A stretch of 63,917 nucleotides of DNA, filler included, from Neoconidiobolus thromboides FSU 785 (Eukaryota; Fungi; Entomophthoromycota): NCBI GenBank assembly GCA_025603075.1. It is 11 parts of 11 records of this genome, joined end to end, with 100 filler letters (N's around TTAATTAATTAA, not from the genome) between each part and the next. Parts side by side here need not be neighbours in the genome. Positions count along the whole stretch, not along the records: positions 59,031 to 62,808 come from MU626804.1; positions 62,909 to 63,917 come from MU627054.1; 9 more parts are not named here. One strand, 5' to 3'. How positions within the stretch are numbered: position 1 is the stretch's first letter; each line of letters starts with the position of its first letter. Positions 62,580 through 63,917 of this stretch are shown in pieces. The translations under genes were made by a program, and so were the position numbers. The notes beneath the pieces were generated by a model. The model saw nothing but the letters and a program-made list of their open reading frames with translations, searched no databases and was not told the DNA's origin.

Positions 62580-62808
62580 GGGGGCTGTACGAATTGGTTT
62601 CAGAGTCTATTTAGAAATTAATCCAAATTTAAAATTTAAAATTTAAAGTTTGTGTCCAATATGACGGTTAAATCTAAAAAGCCTAAAGTTAAATCTCTCT
62701 ATTTAAAACTTATTTTTAATTGTTTCCTTTTCTTAAATAGCTAATTTTCCTAACTATATATTTTATGTTAGTTCTGTTAGATATTTAACAGATATATAAT
62801 ATATAACT
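62580..62808. mobile_element. End (type A) of the second GGGG-TIR element running into a gap
   Basis: GGGGGCTGTACGAATTGGTTTCAG...; colinear with 51170-51331. Confidence 0.7.
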
Positions 62809-62908
62809 NNNNNNNNNNNNNNNNNNNNNNNNNNNNNNNNNNNNNNNNNNNNTTAATTAATTAANNNNNNNNNNNNNNNNNNNNNNNNNNNNNNNNNNNN
62901 NNNNNNNN

Positions 62909-63578
62909 ATATTGCTGAAGCTGCTGGGGATCTAAGTTACCAGAGAATATTTGACCTTTTTGCAATTCAAATCTGGAGATTGATAGCATTGATATATCTT
63001 ACTGTTGTTGTTGTAATTGTATTTATGAAATTGAATCGTGGAGCTACTTTAATTGATTCGTTAAAATTGAATATGGATTCGGAAAATTCTTCGCTAGCTT
63101 CTGGAGCTATAAGATTGTTGGGTTATAGAGTGTAATTTTTATCTATTTGTGCTTCGAATGGTTAATTTTTTAGATTGTTATACCCTATATCCATGTTAGT
63201 AACTCACTCTGGTGGAATCATATCTCAACTTTATTTCGACCTTAATGGAAAAGACAATGTTGGGTTAGATCAATGGACTATGACCACATATCCACTTATT
63301 GGTACCTTAAACTTTATTGCTTTCTGTTGTGACCCTACAGTTCATAATGCAGTTAGAGTTGTCTATTATAGAGCCAAGCGGCGAGACAATGACGATATAA
63401 AAAATAGTAATAGCCCTATTTATTTATTTTTACATACAAACTTATATCTTTAGTTGATCAACTTGACTTGGAACTAGGTGGAATTGGTTCAAGCTTGGAA
63501 GGAAGCAAAGGTACTGATAGTCTTGATAATGACTATGCTGGTAATCAAGCATTTTCCGCTTTAATAAAGTCTTTGTAA
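62909..63578 (+). CDS. C-terminal exons of a GPCR-like multi-TM protein, gap-truncated
   Basis: TM5-like IWRLIALIYLTVVVVIVFMKL, TM6-like LLYPISMLVTHSG, TM7-like YPLIGTLNFIAFCCDP, then a hydrophilic tail; two introns; stop at 63576-63578. Confidence 0.6.
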
Positions 63579-63917
63579 CTATAATTATTTGTACATTGAA
63601 AAAAATTCAAAGAACTTGCTTTAAAAATTTAAATCATAAAAAAATAAAACCACCATTTTTTGATATCTAATGTACACTTTAAAACTAAATTTGTAATACG
63701 TAAAGATTCATAAAACTGAATTAAACATTTCAACTAAATGTTAAACTAAGCTTATAGTAGCTTGCAGCTAATTGTTTATGTTGCTTTAAATTTGTAGCTC
63801 ATTTTTTTTAATATGAATTTAAGAGCTGTAGCTTTTAATAATTTACAAATTCATATTGAAAAAAACGAACTACAAACTAAAAATATTAAATGACATTTGA
63901 CTGCAAGTTGCTTTAAG

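Overview
Very AT-rich eukaryotic (fungal) scaffold segment with short GT-AG introns (mostly 44-57 nt) and ten 100-nt assembly gaps (N44-TTAATTAATTAA-N44). The gene content, intron style and composition suggest an early-diverging fungus of the Conidiobolus/Entomophthoromycotina type; this is inference only. The left ~45 kb carries housekeeping genes: ADA2, GTP cyclohydrolase II, a 2OG-Fe(II) oxygenase, a double-Myb protein, GGPP synthase, proline dehydrogenase, CIA1, an SSX2IP/Msd1-like protein, TMEM14, Mim2-like and LYS2. It also has two pairs of small secreted Cys-rich paralogs and a split ascorbate-oxidase-like multicopper oxidase. The right ~19 kb is gene-poor and repeat-rich, with gap-truncated lipases, a GMC oxidoreductase, an amidohydrolase duplicate and a GPCR-like gene. 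The dominant unexplained structure is a ~97-bp non-coding element present about 40 times (full and partial copies, counted by eye). It has GGGGATGT...ACATCCCC terminal inverted repeats and 4-bp A-N-W-T target-site duplications (a MITE), and one strand contains a complete 48-nt host-style intron signature (GT...TACTAAC...AG). There is also a second GGGG-ended family whose interior falls in the gaps, a TG-starting LTR-like family with a recurrently flipped internal segment and an 86-bp-arm hairpin, and decayed multi-HTH transposase-like ORFs. All alignments were done by eye, so coordinates of degenerate repeats are approximate.
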